Assembly: GCA_030680835.1 (NCBI GenBank)
Contig: JAUXUD010000104.1
Coordinates: 25,051-89,050, forward strand
Direction: 5' to 3'
Source of the DNA: Bacteroidota bacterium
Lineage (GTDB): Bacteria; Bacteroidota; Bacteroidia; UKL13-3
DNA: 64,000 bases
Shown here in pieces: positions 1 through 9,624 of this stretch. The notes beneath the pieces are model-generated. The model was not told the origin of the DNA. It searched no databases and worked only from the letters and a program-made list of their open reading frames with translations. The translations under genes and the position numbers were made by a program. How positions within the stretch are numbered: position 1 is the stretch's first letter; every line of letters starts with the position of its first letter.

Positions 1-509
1 GGTATCATATTGTCTGGACTCGTGATACAAGCCAAACAGTTTTATATGTCAATAACCAAATTAAAGGAACTGCAACTCTTACTGGAGCTAAAAAATATTC
101 ACAATTCGACATTAGTCCTACCAGTACATACATATTTGGGCTTTCATCTATTCTTGGTCGTTTTGATGATACACGTTATTACAAAAGAGTTTTAAGCACT
201 ACTGAAATAGCAGCCTTATTTAATGAAACTCATGGAGGAGGTACTGGAACAAATGAGCTTTTTAGTAATGATGAAATAGTTTTGTTCCCCAACCCTGCAA
301 AAAGCAATCTAACCATTTCTTACTTGGGGAATACAGATCATAAACAAATTTCAGTTTCAGTTTTCGATATAAATGGTAAAGTGCTATTTACAGACAACGC
401 TTATAAATGGAACGAAAACCTTGATATTTCAAAACTAATCCCCGGGATTTATTTTGTATATATTATTTCGAATGATATAAATGTTAAAAAGAAGTTTATT
501 GTGGAATAA
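1..509 (+). CDS. 5'-partial secreted protein: LamG/concanavalin-like region followed by a T9SS C-terminal sorting domain. The listed 282..509 ORF is only its C-terminus.
   Basis: Frame starting at nt 3 is open from the window edge to the stop at 507-509. Translation gives ...TRYYKRVLSTTEIAALFNETHGG... (LamG-like) and ends ...LFPNPAKSNLTISY...GIYFVYIISNDINVKKKFIVE, typical of a Por_Secre_tail CTD. The M at 282 in the ORF track is a TTG inside this frame. Confidence 0.6.
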   Translation, partial: YHIVWTRDTSQTVLYVNNQIKGTATLTGAKKYSQFDISPTSTYIFGLSSILGRFDDTRYYKRVLSTTEIAALFNETHGGGTGTNELFSNDEIVLFPNPAKSNLTISYLGNTDHKQISVSVFDINGKVLFTDNAYKWNENLDISKLIPGIYFVYIISNDINVKKKFIVE

Positions 510-530
510 ATTTCCTTTATAATTTCAACC

Positions 531-569
531 AAAAAAACCTTCAATTATTCAAATATTGAGGGTTTTTTG
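531..569. terminator. Bidirectional rho-independent terminator between convergent genes
   Basis: aaaaaaaCCTTCAATtattcaaatATTGAGGGtttttt: 8-9 bp imperfect stem, flanked by an A-run on one side and a T-run on the other. Confidence 0.5.
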
Positions 570-1242
570 TATGTAGAATGCTCACTTCTATTAGTTCGTG
601 TTCAATGGCATATATAACCAAACCGGCTAAATTTATGCTTCCTGTTCTATATAGTAAATCCTGTCTGTGGCGGTTAACAGTATTTGATGAAATATGTAAC
701 TTTTGAGCAATATCTTCTGTTGAGTTTTGTTGACAAAGCAAAATCAGTACTTCTTTTTGTGCTTTAGTAATTTTATTGCTTGTATCAAATTTTGGCAATT
801 CTTTGTCATAATCCCTGTAAACTTTTACCAATATTGATTGAACCTTTGAACTATAATACTCCTGATTTGTCAAAACCATATTAATAGCCTTACAAATTTC
901 AGACGTTGGTGAATCCTTTAATAGATATCCTTTTGCCCCTTTTTTGCATAACTCATAAACATATTTTGGTTCACAATACATGGTTAGGGCTATTATTTTT
1001 ATTGATGGTTTTATTTTTAAAATTTTTGCTGTTGCCTCTACACCATTCATCTCAGGCATATCAATATCCATCATCACCAAGTCAATTGCTTCTTTTTTTA
1101 TAAGCTCAATTGCTTCTAAACCATTACCAGCTTCAAAAATTCGGGCAACCAAATGGGTTTTTATAAGCACATTTTTAAGACCCTTTCTGAAAATTGGATG
1201 ATCGTCAACCATAAGTACATTAATTTTACATTGAATTGCCAT
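541..1242 (-). CDS. Two-component response regulator, NarL/FixJ (LuxR-type HTH) family
   Basis: Receiver domain (VLMVDDHPIFRKGL...MMDIDMPEMNG...KIIALT) plus C-terminal LuxR HTH (TKAQKEVLILLCQQNSTEDIAQKLHISSNTVNRHRQDL). Confidence 0.85.
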   Translation of the reverse strand: MAIQCKINVLMVDDHPIFRKGLKNVLIKTHLVARIFEAGNGLEAIELIKKEAIDLVMMDIDMPEMNGVEATAKILKIKPSIKIIALTMYCEPKYVYELCKKGAKGYLLKDSPTSEICKAINMVLTNQEYYSSKVQSILVKVYRDYDKELPKFDTSNKITKAQKEVLILLCQQNSTEDIAQKLHISSNTVNRHRQDLLYRTGSINLAGLVIYAIEHELIEVSILHTKNPQYLNN

Positions 1243-1245
1243 GTT

Positions 1246-1986
1246 CTAAATGTTAATAATAAATGATGTCCCTTTACTTAATTCACTTTTTATTTCAAGA
1301 GTACCACTTAGAAAATTAATTCTGCTTTCAATATTCTTTAAACCGATTCCTTTTGAACCGATTAAATCTCTTGAAAATCCAATACCATCATCAGAATAAA
1401 TAACTTCAACATTTCTTTTCTTAGAGGTTATATCAATGGTTATATTAGTTGCAGATGCATGCTTCAAAGAATTTTGAATTAACTCTTGAATCACGCAATA
1501 TAAGGCCACTTCATGACTTTTTTCAAATCTATCCGGCCAATGGTGACAACTTAAATTTATATTAACAGAAGTATATTCCTTTACTCTTAATATATAATAC
1601 TCCAATGATCTTAGGAAACCATATTCACTAAAAGTTTTGGGAATTAAATTATGAGCAAGGCTTCTCACATCATTTATAACAATATCTAACTGTTCACCAA
1701 TGTCCACTTTAATTTTCTTGTCTAACTCTGATAAATTAATCTCATCAATGCATTCCAATTGATTTTTAACAATAGATAATAAAGGCCTGATATGGTCGTG
1801 TAAATCCTTTGCAATTCTTTCTTGTTCTGATTCCTGGGTATCTATTATTGATTTCATTAATTCCTGCTGTTTTTTTTGAAGGTTTTTCTGGTACCGGTAA
1901 ACAACAATTACAAAAAAAACGGAAATGGCCAACATCATTCCTGATGTTGCCGCCATTTGGATTAATAAATCGGTTTCTTTAAACAT
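1246..1986 (-). CDS. Sensor histidine kinase (HisKA_3 + HATPase_c), partner of the adjacent response regulator
   Basis: N-terminal TM helix, H-box (RIAKDLHDHIRPLLS) and HATPase motifs (ELIQNSLKHASA, DDGIGFS, GIGLKNIESR). Lies 4 nt upstream of the regulator on the same strand. Confidence 0.8.
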   Translation of the reverse strand: MFKETDLLIQMAATSGMMLAISVFFVIVVYRYQKNLQKKQQELMKSIIDTQESEQERIAKDLHDHIRPLLSIVKNQLECIDEINLSELDKKIKVDIGEQLDIVINDVRSLAHNLIPKTFSEYGFLRSLEYYILRVKEYTSVNINLSCHHWPDRFEKSHEVALYCVIQELIQNSLKHASATNITIDITSKKRNVEVIYSDDGIGFSRDLIGSKGIGLKNIESRINFLSGTLEIKSELSKGTSFIINI

Positions 1987-2585
1987 AAGAAGGCTTTTAA
2001 AAATAGCAAGGCAATTAATAAACTTACAAAAAAGTTGTAAGTAGCAAAGAAGTATAAAATTAGTTGATTATTAGAATTTTTCAAATAATCAACTAATAAA
2101 TAGATCCCAACGGTAGAAAACCCTGAAATAAATAATCCGGAAAAGAGCCAGAAATTATATGATTCTAACATATTATCTTCCCCTTTATTTGATATTTTAA
2201 TAATCATTATTCCTGCAAACACAGCTTGATATGCAAAAATCATTGAATATCCATACTTATTAAAATCCATGAATCCAGATATTAAGAATGTATAAATTAA
2301 GATCAATAATAATAATAAATTAAAGTAAATTGTCTTTCGGTAAAAGTAGGTTGAAAGATAGGAAACAAATAAAAATGTTGCAATTTGAAATAAATTGTAA
2401 CAAAAATGATTTTTGATCTGGAGATGAGAAAGAATCACGGCAACCGTTTCGAAGATTAATGTACAAAACAAGTAAAAATAAAAGGCCTTGATATCATATC
2501 TATCAAGGCGTTTTATCACAATGCGGAATCCAGATAAAATCGGAATAAGGATTATAAAAGATGTTAAATCAGTAATCCAATACAT
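1962..2585 (-). CDS. Polytopic membrane protein (6-7 TM helices); possible detached or frameshifted sensor domain of the kinase
   Basis: Entirely hydrophobic 207-aa ORF overlapping the kinase start by 25 nt in a different frame. Confidence 0.45.
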   Translation of the reverse strand: MYWITDLTSFIILIPILSGFRIVIKRLDRYDIKAFYFYLFCTLIFETVAVILSHLQIKNHFCYNLFQIATFLFVSYLSTYFYRKTIYFNLLLLLILIYTFLISGFMDFNKYGYSMIFAYQAVFAGIMIIKISNKGEDNMLESYNFWLFSGLFISGFSTVGIYLLVDYLKNSNNQLILYFFATYNFFVSLLIALLFLKAFLCLKKPIY

Positions 2586-2590
2586 TTACA

Positions 2591-2908
2591 TCAGCTATTC
2601 AATAAATTTGACGTTGAACAATAAGGTGGGCATAGTTTACCTACTTCCATTATAATACCTTCCGTTAAATCGTCTTCATTTGCATCTGCGCCTACTATCA
2701 CCAACTTTGGAATATTGTCCGAATCTATGCCATAATAAATTCTGATGCCTACACAATCATCTTGGTTAAGTACAGCCAAAAGTGCTGTTTTACCAAAAAA
2801 TTCTCCTTTAATGTAATCTGATCCGCTTTGAGTATCGCGGTAATTTTTTGTTAAATCAGAAGCATCCTGCAAACTGATGTCGTGGTTTTCATTTCCTGTA
2901 AATGCCAT
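2591..2908 (-). CDS. Hypothetical small protein
   Basis: 105-aa ORF in an operon-like position 5 nt upstream of the membrane ORF. No recognisable motif. Confidence 0.4.
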   Translation of the reverse strand: MAFTGNENHDISLQDASDLTKNYRDTQSGSDYIKGEFFGKTALLAVLNQDDCVGIRIYYGIDSDNIPKLVIVGADANEDDLTEGIIMEVGKLCPPYCSTSNLLNS

Positions 2909-3142
2909 AATTATTTATATATTTTATCGACGCATGATAAATATTCATAAATCAAATAGGTAATTTCATTGATATTAAAATATTAAAAATTTCACAATCA
3001 ATATATTGTGATTTTTACAAAGATAGAATTTTGGTTAGAAATAACCATAGTCAAACCAAGTATAACCATGATTTAAATTGGTGATTTATGATTATATCTT
3101 TTAATTATTATTTCTCCATGTTTGTAAGTATCAAGTTTAATA

Positions 3143-4207
3143 TTGATAATCCCTATGACACCTCTTCCTATCCTTGATCTCATTGCCGGAATGATATTCA
3201 TCTATTTCCTGATGAGCATTATTAGTAACTCAATTGTAGAAGGATTAGCGTCTCTTACTCGTTTAAGGGCTAATATGCTTACAAAGTGGATAGGAGAAAA
3301 TCTACCGGAATTAACGTCTTATTTTGTTAGCCATACTTTGCTAGATGGTCCCAATAAAGGAAAAAGTACTACTTCATATATTTCTTCTGCTAATTTTGCT
3401 TTTGTTCTTATTGATTCCATCTGTAAAGCGGTGGATAGGATTCCAAGAACATTATCAGATATTGAAGATACAATACATCAATTAGAAAAAGATAATAATC
3501 CTCTTTTACCAAAAGATTTTGCTCGTATATTATTGATTTTCGTTTCTGAAGCCAGGGAAAAAGCAAAACTTGAAAATCAAACAAAAACCGAATTAGAATT
3601 GTTTCGTTTGAGTATTGAAAACTGGTTTGACAGTATGATGGAAAGGTTAGGAGGAAAATTTAAACGATGGGCCTCAAAATGGACATTACTTTTTTCATCC
3701 ATTGCAGTTTTAATATTAAACATTGACAGCATTCAATTAGCCAAATACCTTTATGCGGATGACAATGCGAGAAATAAATTAGCTATGGCTGCTTATGAAG
3801 CTCCAGACAATCCTGAATTGAAAGCTGCGGCACGATCTGCTTCAACTATTATTGATACTATTTATAAAGTTCCTGTGGTAAATTTAAATGGCGATACCCT
3901 TATCAGTAAAATTACAAAATCATACCAAGATATAGATACAACCGTAAATAAAATAGCCTCTTTTATACCTATTGGTTGGAAATTGGATGCTGAAAAAGCT
4001 ATATACAAAAGTAGTCTGGCAAAATCTATGAAATTCAATTGCTGGGATTCATTTGGATTTTGGCTGCAAAAAATTTGCGGTTTGCTTATCACCATTTTGG
4101 CCGTATCGTTAGGAGCACCATTTTGGTTTGAGGTACTCGGAAAGGTTGCCAATTTAAGAAATAGTATAAAACCTTCCGCCCAAAAGGAAAATGCCGTAAT
4201 CAAATGA
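3143..4207 (+). CDS. Hypothetical membrane protein
   Basis: 354-aa ORF with N-terminal and C-terminal TM helices. First gene of a tightly packed same-strand block 3143-8858. Confidence 0.5.
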   Translation: MIIPMTPLPILDLIAGMIFIYFLMSIISNSIVEGLASLTRLRANMLTKWIGENLPELTSYFVSHTLLDGPNKGKSTTSYISSANFAFVLIDSICKAVDRIPRTLSDIEDTIHQLEKDNNPLLPKDFARILLIFVSEAREKAKLENQTKTELELFRLSIENWFDSMMERLGGKFKRWASKWTLLFSSIAVLILNIDSIQLAKYLYADDNARNKLAMAAYEAPDNPELKAAARSASTIIDTIYKVPVVNLNGDTLISKITKSYQDIDTTVNKIASFIPIGWKLDAEKAIYKSSLAKSMKFNCWDSFGFWLQKICGLLITILAVSLGAPFWFEVLGKVANLRNSIKPSAQKENAVIK

Positions 4208-4671
4208 GTACAGAAACAACATTAGTTTACGACAGTTTAATTTTTACAATTAAAGAACAAATTACGCATAATCGGGAATTTATTTCTGGGGTATCTGATC
4301 TTTCAGTGAATTTAAATGATACCACTCTAAAATTATTGGCAGGTAGTATACTGGTCATTTTAGGGTCGGGTTATGTAAAGCCAATAGATGGTAAAGCCAA
4401 ATTAATGTATCTATTATTTATACCTGCCTGGATCTTTTTAGGTCTTTCCTTTTATTATGGAAATTTAATCAATGAAAAAATGGTAGCCACTGGGCTTTTT
4501 CGGAATCTTGAAATGATAAAAGCTGTAATAAATGATGATGAAACAGGCATAAGAAGCCTTTATGGACAGCAAAGTAATTTTCTATTAATTGGTGTGGGAA
4601 TTCTTACAATTTGGCTACTTATCTATTTGAGCTGGTGGATTTATACTAAGTCTGAAATAAAATCTAATTAA
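4204..4671 (+). CDS. Hypothetical membrane protein
   Basis: 155 aa with 3-4 TM helices. Start overlaps the upstream stop (ATGA). Confidence 0.5.
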   Translation: MSTETTLVYDSLIFTIKEQITHNREFISGVSDLSVNLNDTTLKLLAGSILVILGSGYVKPIDGKAKLMYLLFIPAWIFLGLSFYYGNLINEKMVATGLFRNLEMIKAVINDDETGIRSLYGQQSNFLLIGVGILTIWLLIYLSWWIYTKSEIKSN

Positions 4672-4678
4672 TAATAAT

Positions 4679-4984
4679 ATGAAACATATATTTCTAATTT
4701 TAGTAATACTGATGTTAACCATTAAAGGTTATTCTCAATGTAAACCTAGTGATTGTGCCAAAATAATAATTGAAAAGAAATGCAAAGAATATTGTGAGAA
4801 AATGATTTTATTGAAAATTCCAGAAGCTGAATTAAAAACGATTATAGACGATGCAGAATCTACAAATAAAATTATTGCTTTCAGAAAATTAGTCAAAAAC
4901 GATGAAAAAGATACTGTGACGCTTAAAGATGTTTTGGGTAAAACAAAATATAAAGCTTTACAATTAAAAAAATTTAAAAACTGA
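4679..4984 (+). CDS. Small secreted Cys-containing protein
   Basis: Signal peptide MKHIFLILVILMLTIKGYSQ, lysine-rich, several Cys. Confidence 0.4.
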   Translation: MKHIFLILVILMLTIKGYSQCKPSDCAKIIIEKKCKEYCEKMILLKIPEAELKTIIDDAESTNKIIAFRKLVKNDEKDTVTLKDVLGKTKYKALQLKKFKN

Positions 4985-5017
4985 TTGATTCATTTATAAC
5001 TAATTTATTAATAAACC

Positions 5018-5458
5018 ATGTCATTAATTAAAGTCGAACGTTACCTTCACCATCCTGATTGTGAAATTTCAAGAGTTTCAATTAATGGTGAATTTTTCTG
5101 CTATAGCATTGAAGATGAATTCCGGACCACAAAAATTAAAGGAGAAACCTGCATCCCTTATGGTATTTATCCTTTAACTACAAGATGGTCACCTAAGTTT
5201 TCTCCTACCTATAAACATGATATGATATGGGTACAAAATGTACCTGGCTTTGAGTACATACTCATACATTGGGGAAATACCGTAAGTGACACTGAAGGTT
5301 GTCTGATTTTAGGTGATAAAATAGGTGTAATAAACCAAAAAGATGCTGTATTAAATTCAAGAGCTACCTATTTAAAGTTCTATGCAAAAGCTATAAACCA
5401 GATTAAAGCAGGTGGGCAACAAATTGAATATGTAAAACTTGATAATTTAATTGTTTAA
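5018..5458 (+). CDS. DUF5675-family protein (phage/MGE-associated, YkuD-like fold)
   Basis: Motif string CIPYGIYPL...RWSPKFSPTY...ILIHWGNTVSDTEGCLILG matches the DUF5675 signature as I recall it (IPxGxY...SPKF...HxGN...GCIL). Confidence 0.55.
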   Translation: MSLIKVERYLHHPDCEISRVSINGEFFCYSIEDEFRTTKIKGETCIPYGIYPLTTRWSPKFSPTYKHDMIWVQNVPGFEYILIHWGNTVSDTEGCLILGDKIGVINQKDAVLNSRATYLKFYAKAINQIKAGGQQIEYVKLDNLIV

Positions 5459-5468
5459 TAAATAAACT

Positions 5469-6368
5469 ATGGCTTATGATTTTTTATTATCCAGCGAAAC
5501 TCTAAACACTGGAAGAAAAGTGCATTATGCACAGTTGGCTGGTAGCAATCAGCCAAAGTTTGTAATTGGATATCCAACACTTTATTTAGGCAATAAGGGA
5601 CTTTTTAATACTACCCTTGAAGCTGCATTTGCATACAAACCTCAAGATTATATAACAGAACATGATTTTTGGGCTTACTTTATCCAACCTACTGCCCAGG
5701 CAGAAAGTAGAGGTTCTTATTTCTGCCTAAATACGTATGATAGGGCCAAATTCACTTTTACTTTTATGCAGTTTGCGGCACATGTTCCTAATGGGGACTT
5801 TATTAATTTTTTCAAAAAATTATTAGCACTTCCAATTGCGAAAGAATATTTTCCCAAATTAATTCTTCAAAATAACCGGATATTTTATCGCTATGATAAT
5901 GGCACTTTGAAGCAATTAGAGGATGACAAGAGCACTGTCGAATTTATGGATTATTTAAATCCGTCCTTGAATGAAATTGAGAATCAAGAATTGATTTGTT
6001 GCGCCAGAATGGTGCATTGGGTAAAAAATGATCCGTTGCATAAACAAATCCAAGTAAATTCTGCCATAGAATTATACAAGAAAAACATGATAGTATATGA
6101 CCGTAGATTTAACCTTGATAATACTCCTGCAAAAGTATGCCAGGTTATTTGTGATATCAGGCATCAAGGTCGTGGCACAAATGACCGGATTGCGGCTGCT
6201 ATAAATACAAATGGAGATTATGATAAAGCTTATCAAAATCTTCTTTTAATTGGAGATACAAATTATTCGGAAAGAATTAAAACAGTCAAAAACACGATTG
6301 ATAAGTTGTTTACTCAGGGTATATTTAATAAAAAGTATAGCCGGGCTAATAATTCTTTTATAGATTAA
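5469..6368 (+). CDS. Hypothetical protein; weak resemblance to glucosaminidase/peptidoglycan hydrolase motif (PTAQAESRGSYF)
   Basis: 299-aa ORF. TAQAESRG is reminiscent of the TAQAxLESGWG glucosaminidase motif but is shortened. Confidence 0.4.
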   Translation: MAYDFLLSSETLNTGRKVHYAQLAGSNQPKFVIGYPTLYLGNKGLFNTTLEAAFAYKPQDYITEHDFWAYFIQPTAQAESRGSYFCLNTYDRAKFTFTFMQFAAHVPNGDFINFFKKLLALPIAKEYFPKLILQNNRIFYRYDNGTLKQLEDDKSTVEFMDYLNPSLNEIENQELICCARMVHWVKNDPLHKQIQVNSAIELYKKNMIVYDRRFNLDNTPAKVCQVICDIRHQGRGTNDRIAAAINTNGDYDKAYQNLLLIGDTNYSERIKTVKNTIDKLFTQGIFNKKYSRANNSFID

Positions 6369-6379
6369 TCTAAATAAAT

Positions 6380-6772
6380 ATGACGGATAAACATACCAAG
6401 GTCCTACTGTATTTAATACTGACAGGCATTATTGCATTTGCAGTCTGGAACTTTTTTGGTGGGAAAGACAAAAATTTGCAAGACGCAATTGTCAAAATGG
6501 AATTGGCACGCAAGAGTATTGATTCAGCGAATCAAAAATTAAATATAGTAATTTCTAATGGTGATACAGTTTTAAAACGTAATCAAGATTTTAAAGCATA
6601 TATAAACTCAGTTGAAAACTTAATAAAATTATCAGATTTGGAGGCAATAAAGCGCGAAAAAGCATATTTCAATAGTCTTGGCAGCTTAAATAAGAGTATT
6701 GACGCTTTGAAAAAGGATTTGGCTAAAACGAATAATAAATTACCTGAACTGGAAAATGGAGTGCTAAAATAA
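6380..6772 (+). CDS. Membrane-anchored coiled-coil protein
   Basis: N-terminal TM helix (VLLYLILTGIIAFAVWNFF) followed by a heptad-rich sequence. Confidence 0.45.
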   Translation: MTDKHTKVLLYLILTGIIAFAVWNFFGGKDKNLQDAIVKMELARKSIDSANQKLNIVISNGDTVLKRNQDFKAYINSVENLIKLSDLEAIKREKAYFNSLGSLNKSIDALKKDLAKTNNKLPELENGVLK

Positions 6773-6794
6773 GAGAATTCTAACTATAATAAAA

Positions 6795-7349
6795 ATGAAG
6801 CTTTACATATTTATTACCATAGTCTTTATGCCAATTACGCAGGCTTGGGCTCAAAATGATAAAATCATATATTATAAAGCCTGTACCGAGGCTAAAAACT
6901 TTTATGCCTTTTCTGGTGATACAGTAGTTTTTAATTGTGACAGTATTCGACTGCTCAACGCCAAGGCATATGGAATATTAGAAGAATCATATAGCAGATT
7001 ATATAAGATATCAAATGAACTAATAAATAAAACAGATTCAGCAGGTCTTATCTATAAAAATCTTTACGAAGAAAAAACTCGAGATTATAATATCCTTAAA
7101 GCGAACTTTGGAGATTTTAGAATAAATACAGAAAACCACATATTGGCAACTGATTCAAATGTCCTAGCCATTAAGAAAAATGCCATAGATGCAAAGACTC
7201 AATTATTTAAAGCTGAGAGCAGTATAACCAAAGGTATTGAGGATATCAGAGCATATGAAAGCGGAAAAATTTGGGTGTATTTAAAAGCAGGAACAATTGG
7301 ATTTCTTGCAGCCACAGCAATAATGTTACCGGTAATTTTAACAAAATAA
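6795..7349 (+). CDS. Secreted protein with C-terminal TM anchor
   Basis: Signal peptide MKLYIFITIVFMPITQAWAQ and C-terminal hydrophobic segment GFLAATAIMLPVIL. Confidence 0.45.
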   Translation: MKLYIFITIVFMPITQAWAQNDKIIYYKACTEAKNFYAFSGDTVVFNCDSIRLLNAKAYGILEESYSRLYKISNELINKTDSAGLIYKNLYEEKTRDYNILKANFGDFRINTENHILATDSNVLAIKKNAIDAKTQLFKAESSITKGIEDIRAYESGKIWVYLKAGTIGFLAATAIMLPVILTK

Positions 7350-7376
7350 ATAAATAAGAAAGTAATTCAAACACTC

Positions 7377-7961
7377 ATGGAATTATTTAATTTAGAAAAT
7401 ATTGGATTGTTTATCTGCTTTTTCCTTCCCGGGTTTATTGCAGTAAAAACATTTCATCTTTTGGTACCAACGGATAGAATTGACGTAACAAATTCGGTGT
7501 TAGAAATTATTGGATTTAGTTGTTTAAATTTATTTCTTTTTTCTTGGATTATTCTGATAAATATACATTTTGGTTGGATTTACATGTATAATTTTTATTT
7601 CATAATAAGTGTATTTGTTGTGCTTTTTATCGGTCCAATTTTATTAGCATATTCATATTTTAAAATTTCCAGATCCAAATACTTTAGCAAAATTGCAATA
7701 GATAAATCTGGGACACCTTGGGATAATTTTTTTGAATTACGAAAAAATTGTTTTGTTGTTGTTACTTATAATAATAATACTCAAGTCGGAGGATATTATG
7801 GCACCCTTTCAAGAGCTTCAGTTTATCCAAAACCGCATCAATTATACCTTGAGCAAGTCTGGATATTAGGTGAAAAAAATTCATTCATAAAGAGAAAATC
7901 CCAAACTTTTGGATGTATATTAAATCTTACTGAGGTGAAAATTATTGAATTTTATAGATAA
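7377..7961 (+). CDS. Hypothetical membrane protein
   Basis: 194 aa with three N-terminal TM helices. Confidence 0.45.
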   Translation: MELFNLENIGLFICFFLPGFIAVKTFHLLVPTDRIDVTNSVLEIIGFSCLNLFLFSWIILINIHFGWIYMYNFYFIISVFVVLFIGPILLAYSYFKISRSKYFSKIAIDKSGTPWDNFFELRKNCFVVVTYNNNTQVGGYYGTLSRASVYPKPHQLYLEQVWILGEKNSFIKRKSQTFGCILNLTEVKIIEFYR

Positions 7962-7979
7962 ACTTTTAAATAAATAATT

Positions 7980-8177
7980 ATGACAAACAAGAGCAAAAAA
8001 TCCGAACAAGAAAAACCAAAACTTAAAGAAGAGTTAGTTAAAAGCCATAAACCCGATATTGAAAAAGGCCGGGATTTAGGTAAATCCGAATGGGTTAATG
8101 AGAATACACAAGACAATTCATACAGACCTAATGTTGATGATGCGATTACACCTCCAAAGGGTGATGATAGTGAATAA
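7980..8177 (+). CDS. Small highly charged hypothetical protein
   Basis: 65-aa Lys/Glu/Asp-rich ORF in the same-strand array. Confidence 0.3.
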   Translation: MTNKSKKSEQEKPKLKEELVKSHKPDIEKGRDLGKSEWVNENTQDNSYRPNVDDAITPPKGDDSE

Positions 8178-8230
8178 TTTAATATAACCTTAATGTTACA
8201 AATAAAATGTTCAATTATAACAAATAATAT

Positions 8231-8620
8231 ATGAAAATCCACATCAAAAAGGACAAGGAAGAAAGTAAAGGTTTATTTGGACTTGGTCAAATAAAAATCT
8301 GGTTTACTGTTCATGCTCATTATGAATTGAATGATGAAGAGAAACAACTTCTTGAAAAGAACAAACATGTTTTGAAGATGGTTGCATTTAATTTCCCATT
8401 CAGAGGATATGATGGTAAGGTTTGGGAAAACAACCTGCCGTTAGTATCTACATTAGTGGATGAAAAGCATTTTAAAAATAAGGGAGAAGGGCATGTTATT
8501 GGATGTGTTTTTTCTAATGGTGAATTACAGGAATTAGAAGACCTTATCAATCAAGGGGCAAAGAATCTGAAAGCTGAATTGTATGGAGGTAGTCAAGGTA
8601 CCTCGGTAAATGAAATTTAA
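8231..8620 (+). CDS. Hypothetical protein
   Basis: 129-aa ORF overlapping the next gene by 11 nt. Confidence 0.45.
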   Translation: MKIHIKKDKEESKGLFGLGQIKIWFTVHAHYELNDEEKQLLEKNKHVLKMVAFNFPFRGYDGKVWENNLPLVSTLVDEKHFKNKGEGHVIGCVFSNGELQELEDLINQGAKNLKAELYGGSQGTSVNEI

Positions 8621-8858
8621 AATAAAAATGGAAAGAAATGACAGTTTGAAACTTCAGTTGTCAAAATTAGATCCGTTGACAATTCTTGATTACCCAATTA
8701 CGCCGGACGAAATACTTATGGGTAGCCGTGTTTGCGATAATTGTGGCAAGAATAAAGATACTTATGGAGGTTATTCATGTTCTAAAGGACACTTCATCTG
8801 CCATTCTTGTGGTAGTAATCATGTCCATTGCCCCCTATGTGGGCATACTTTGAGGTAA
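8610..8858 (+). CDS. Small C3HC4-type (RING/zinc-ribbon-like) zinc-binding protein
   Basis: C-x2-C-x11-C-x3-H-x2-C-x2-C-x6-C-x2-C in CDNCGKNKDTYGGYSCSKGHFICHSCGSNHVHCPLCGH. The spacing falls inside the RING-finger consensus ranges. Confidence 0.5.
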   Translation: MKFKIKMERNDSLKLQLSKLDPLTILDYPITPDEILMGSRVCDNCGKNKDTYGGYSCSKGHFICHSCGSNHVHCPLCGHTLR

Positions 8859-8937
8859 ATGTTTAGTATTTAGCAATTTCGTATCAACTCCCTGTTAACT
8901 AAGAATTTTTTTAATTGCTAATTCTAAAGAAACTATT

Positions 8938-9624
8938 CTATTTCTGTATTTTTAATCCTTTAATTTCTACTAAACCTTGAATGTAAGAATTGTGTAAATT
9001 TTTTGCCATTATTGTATCCCCTTCAATTGATGTATCTTTATGTATTCTATACTCCTTCAAACCACCATCTTCATTGGGCTTATTTGGGACTAAACCTATA
9101 TCTGATGTAGCATAAGTAATTACACCAGTTTTATTGTCTCCATAAAAAGCACTAAATCTACTCATTGGCTCATTATTGGCACGACTTTGACCATAATGAA
9201 AATACCCTTCTTCATTATTGACAACATAATATCTATTTAAAAGATTATGCGCACCGGGTGCAATATTATCTGTTTTAAATTCCGTATTATAATGAATTCC
9301 ATTTTCAACAGTATCAACAATGACAGATCTTTTCATTGTGTCATTTACCTCTTGAAAGAGGATAGTTTTTTTGTTTTCTTTTGCAAAATTAATTAAATCA
9401 TTGATTTGTTGCGTATCTGCTGAATCAATCTTTTCAAGAGTGCGGTTTTTATCTAAAAGTTCTTTTAATTTTTCTGATGAAGGAGGGGTATTATTACAAG
9501 CAGACAATAAAGCAGATAATGTAATCATAGTTCCTAATTTAACCTTTTGTTCAATTTTATTCCCAAATTTTTCAAACATAAATATATTGACAATTATTAA
9601 TAATAAATCCAAGTTCAACTTCAA
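8938..9624 (-). CDS. Lipoprotein, hypothetical (real start probably at the internal MITLSALLSACNN near 9528)
   Basis: Lipobox LSALLSAC. Confidence 0.5.
   Translation of the reverse strand: MKLNLDLLLIIVNIFMFEKFGNKIEQKVKLGTMITLSALLSACNNTPPSSEKLKELLDKNRTLEKIDSADTQQINDLINFAKENKKTILFQEVNDTMKRSVIVDTVENGIHYNTEFKTDNIAPGAHNLLNRYYVVNNEEGYFHYGQSRANNEPMSRFSAFYGDNKTGVITYATSDIGLVPNKPNEDGGLKEYRIHKDTSIEGDTIMAKNLHNSYIQGLVEIKGLKIQK

Noticed and set aside
282-509. Stand-alone 75-aa ORF from the track
   Set aside because: Its M is a TTG inside a longer open frame running from the window start. It is the T9SS CTD of the partial upstream protein.
906-1201. Two plus-strand ORFs (65 and 73 aa)
   Set aside because: Antisense within the well-supported response-regulator gene, with low-complexity translations.
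3862-4203. 113-aa minus-strand ORF
   Set aside because: Antisense inside membrane-protein gene 3143-4207.
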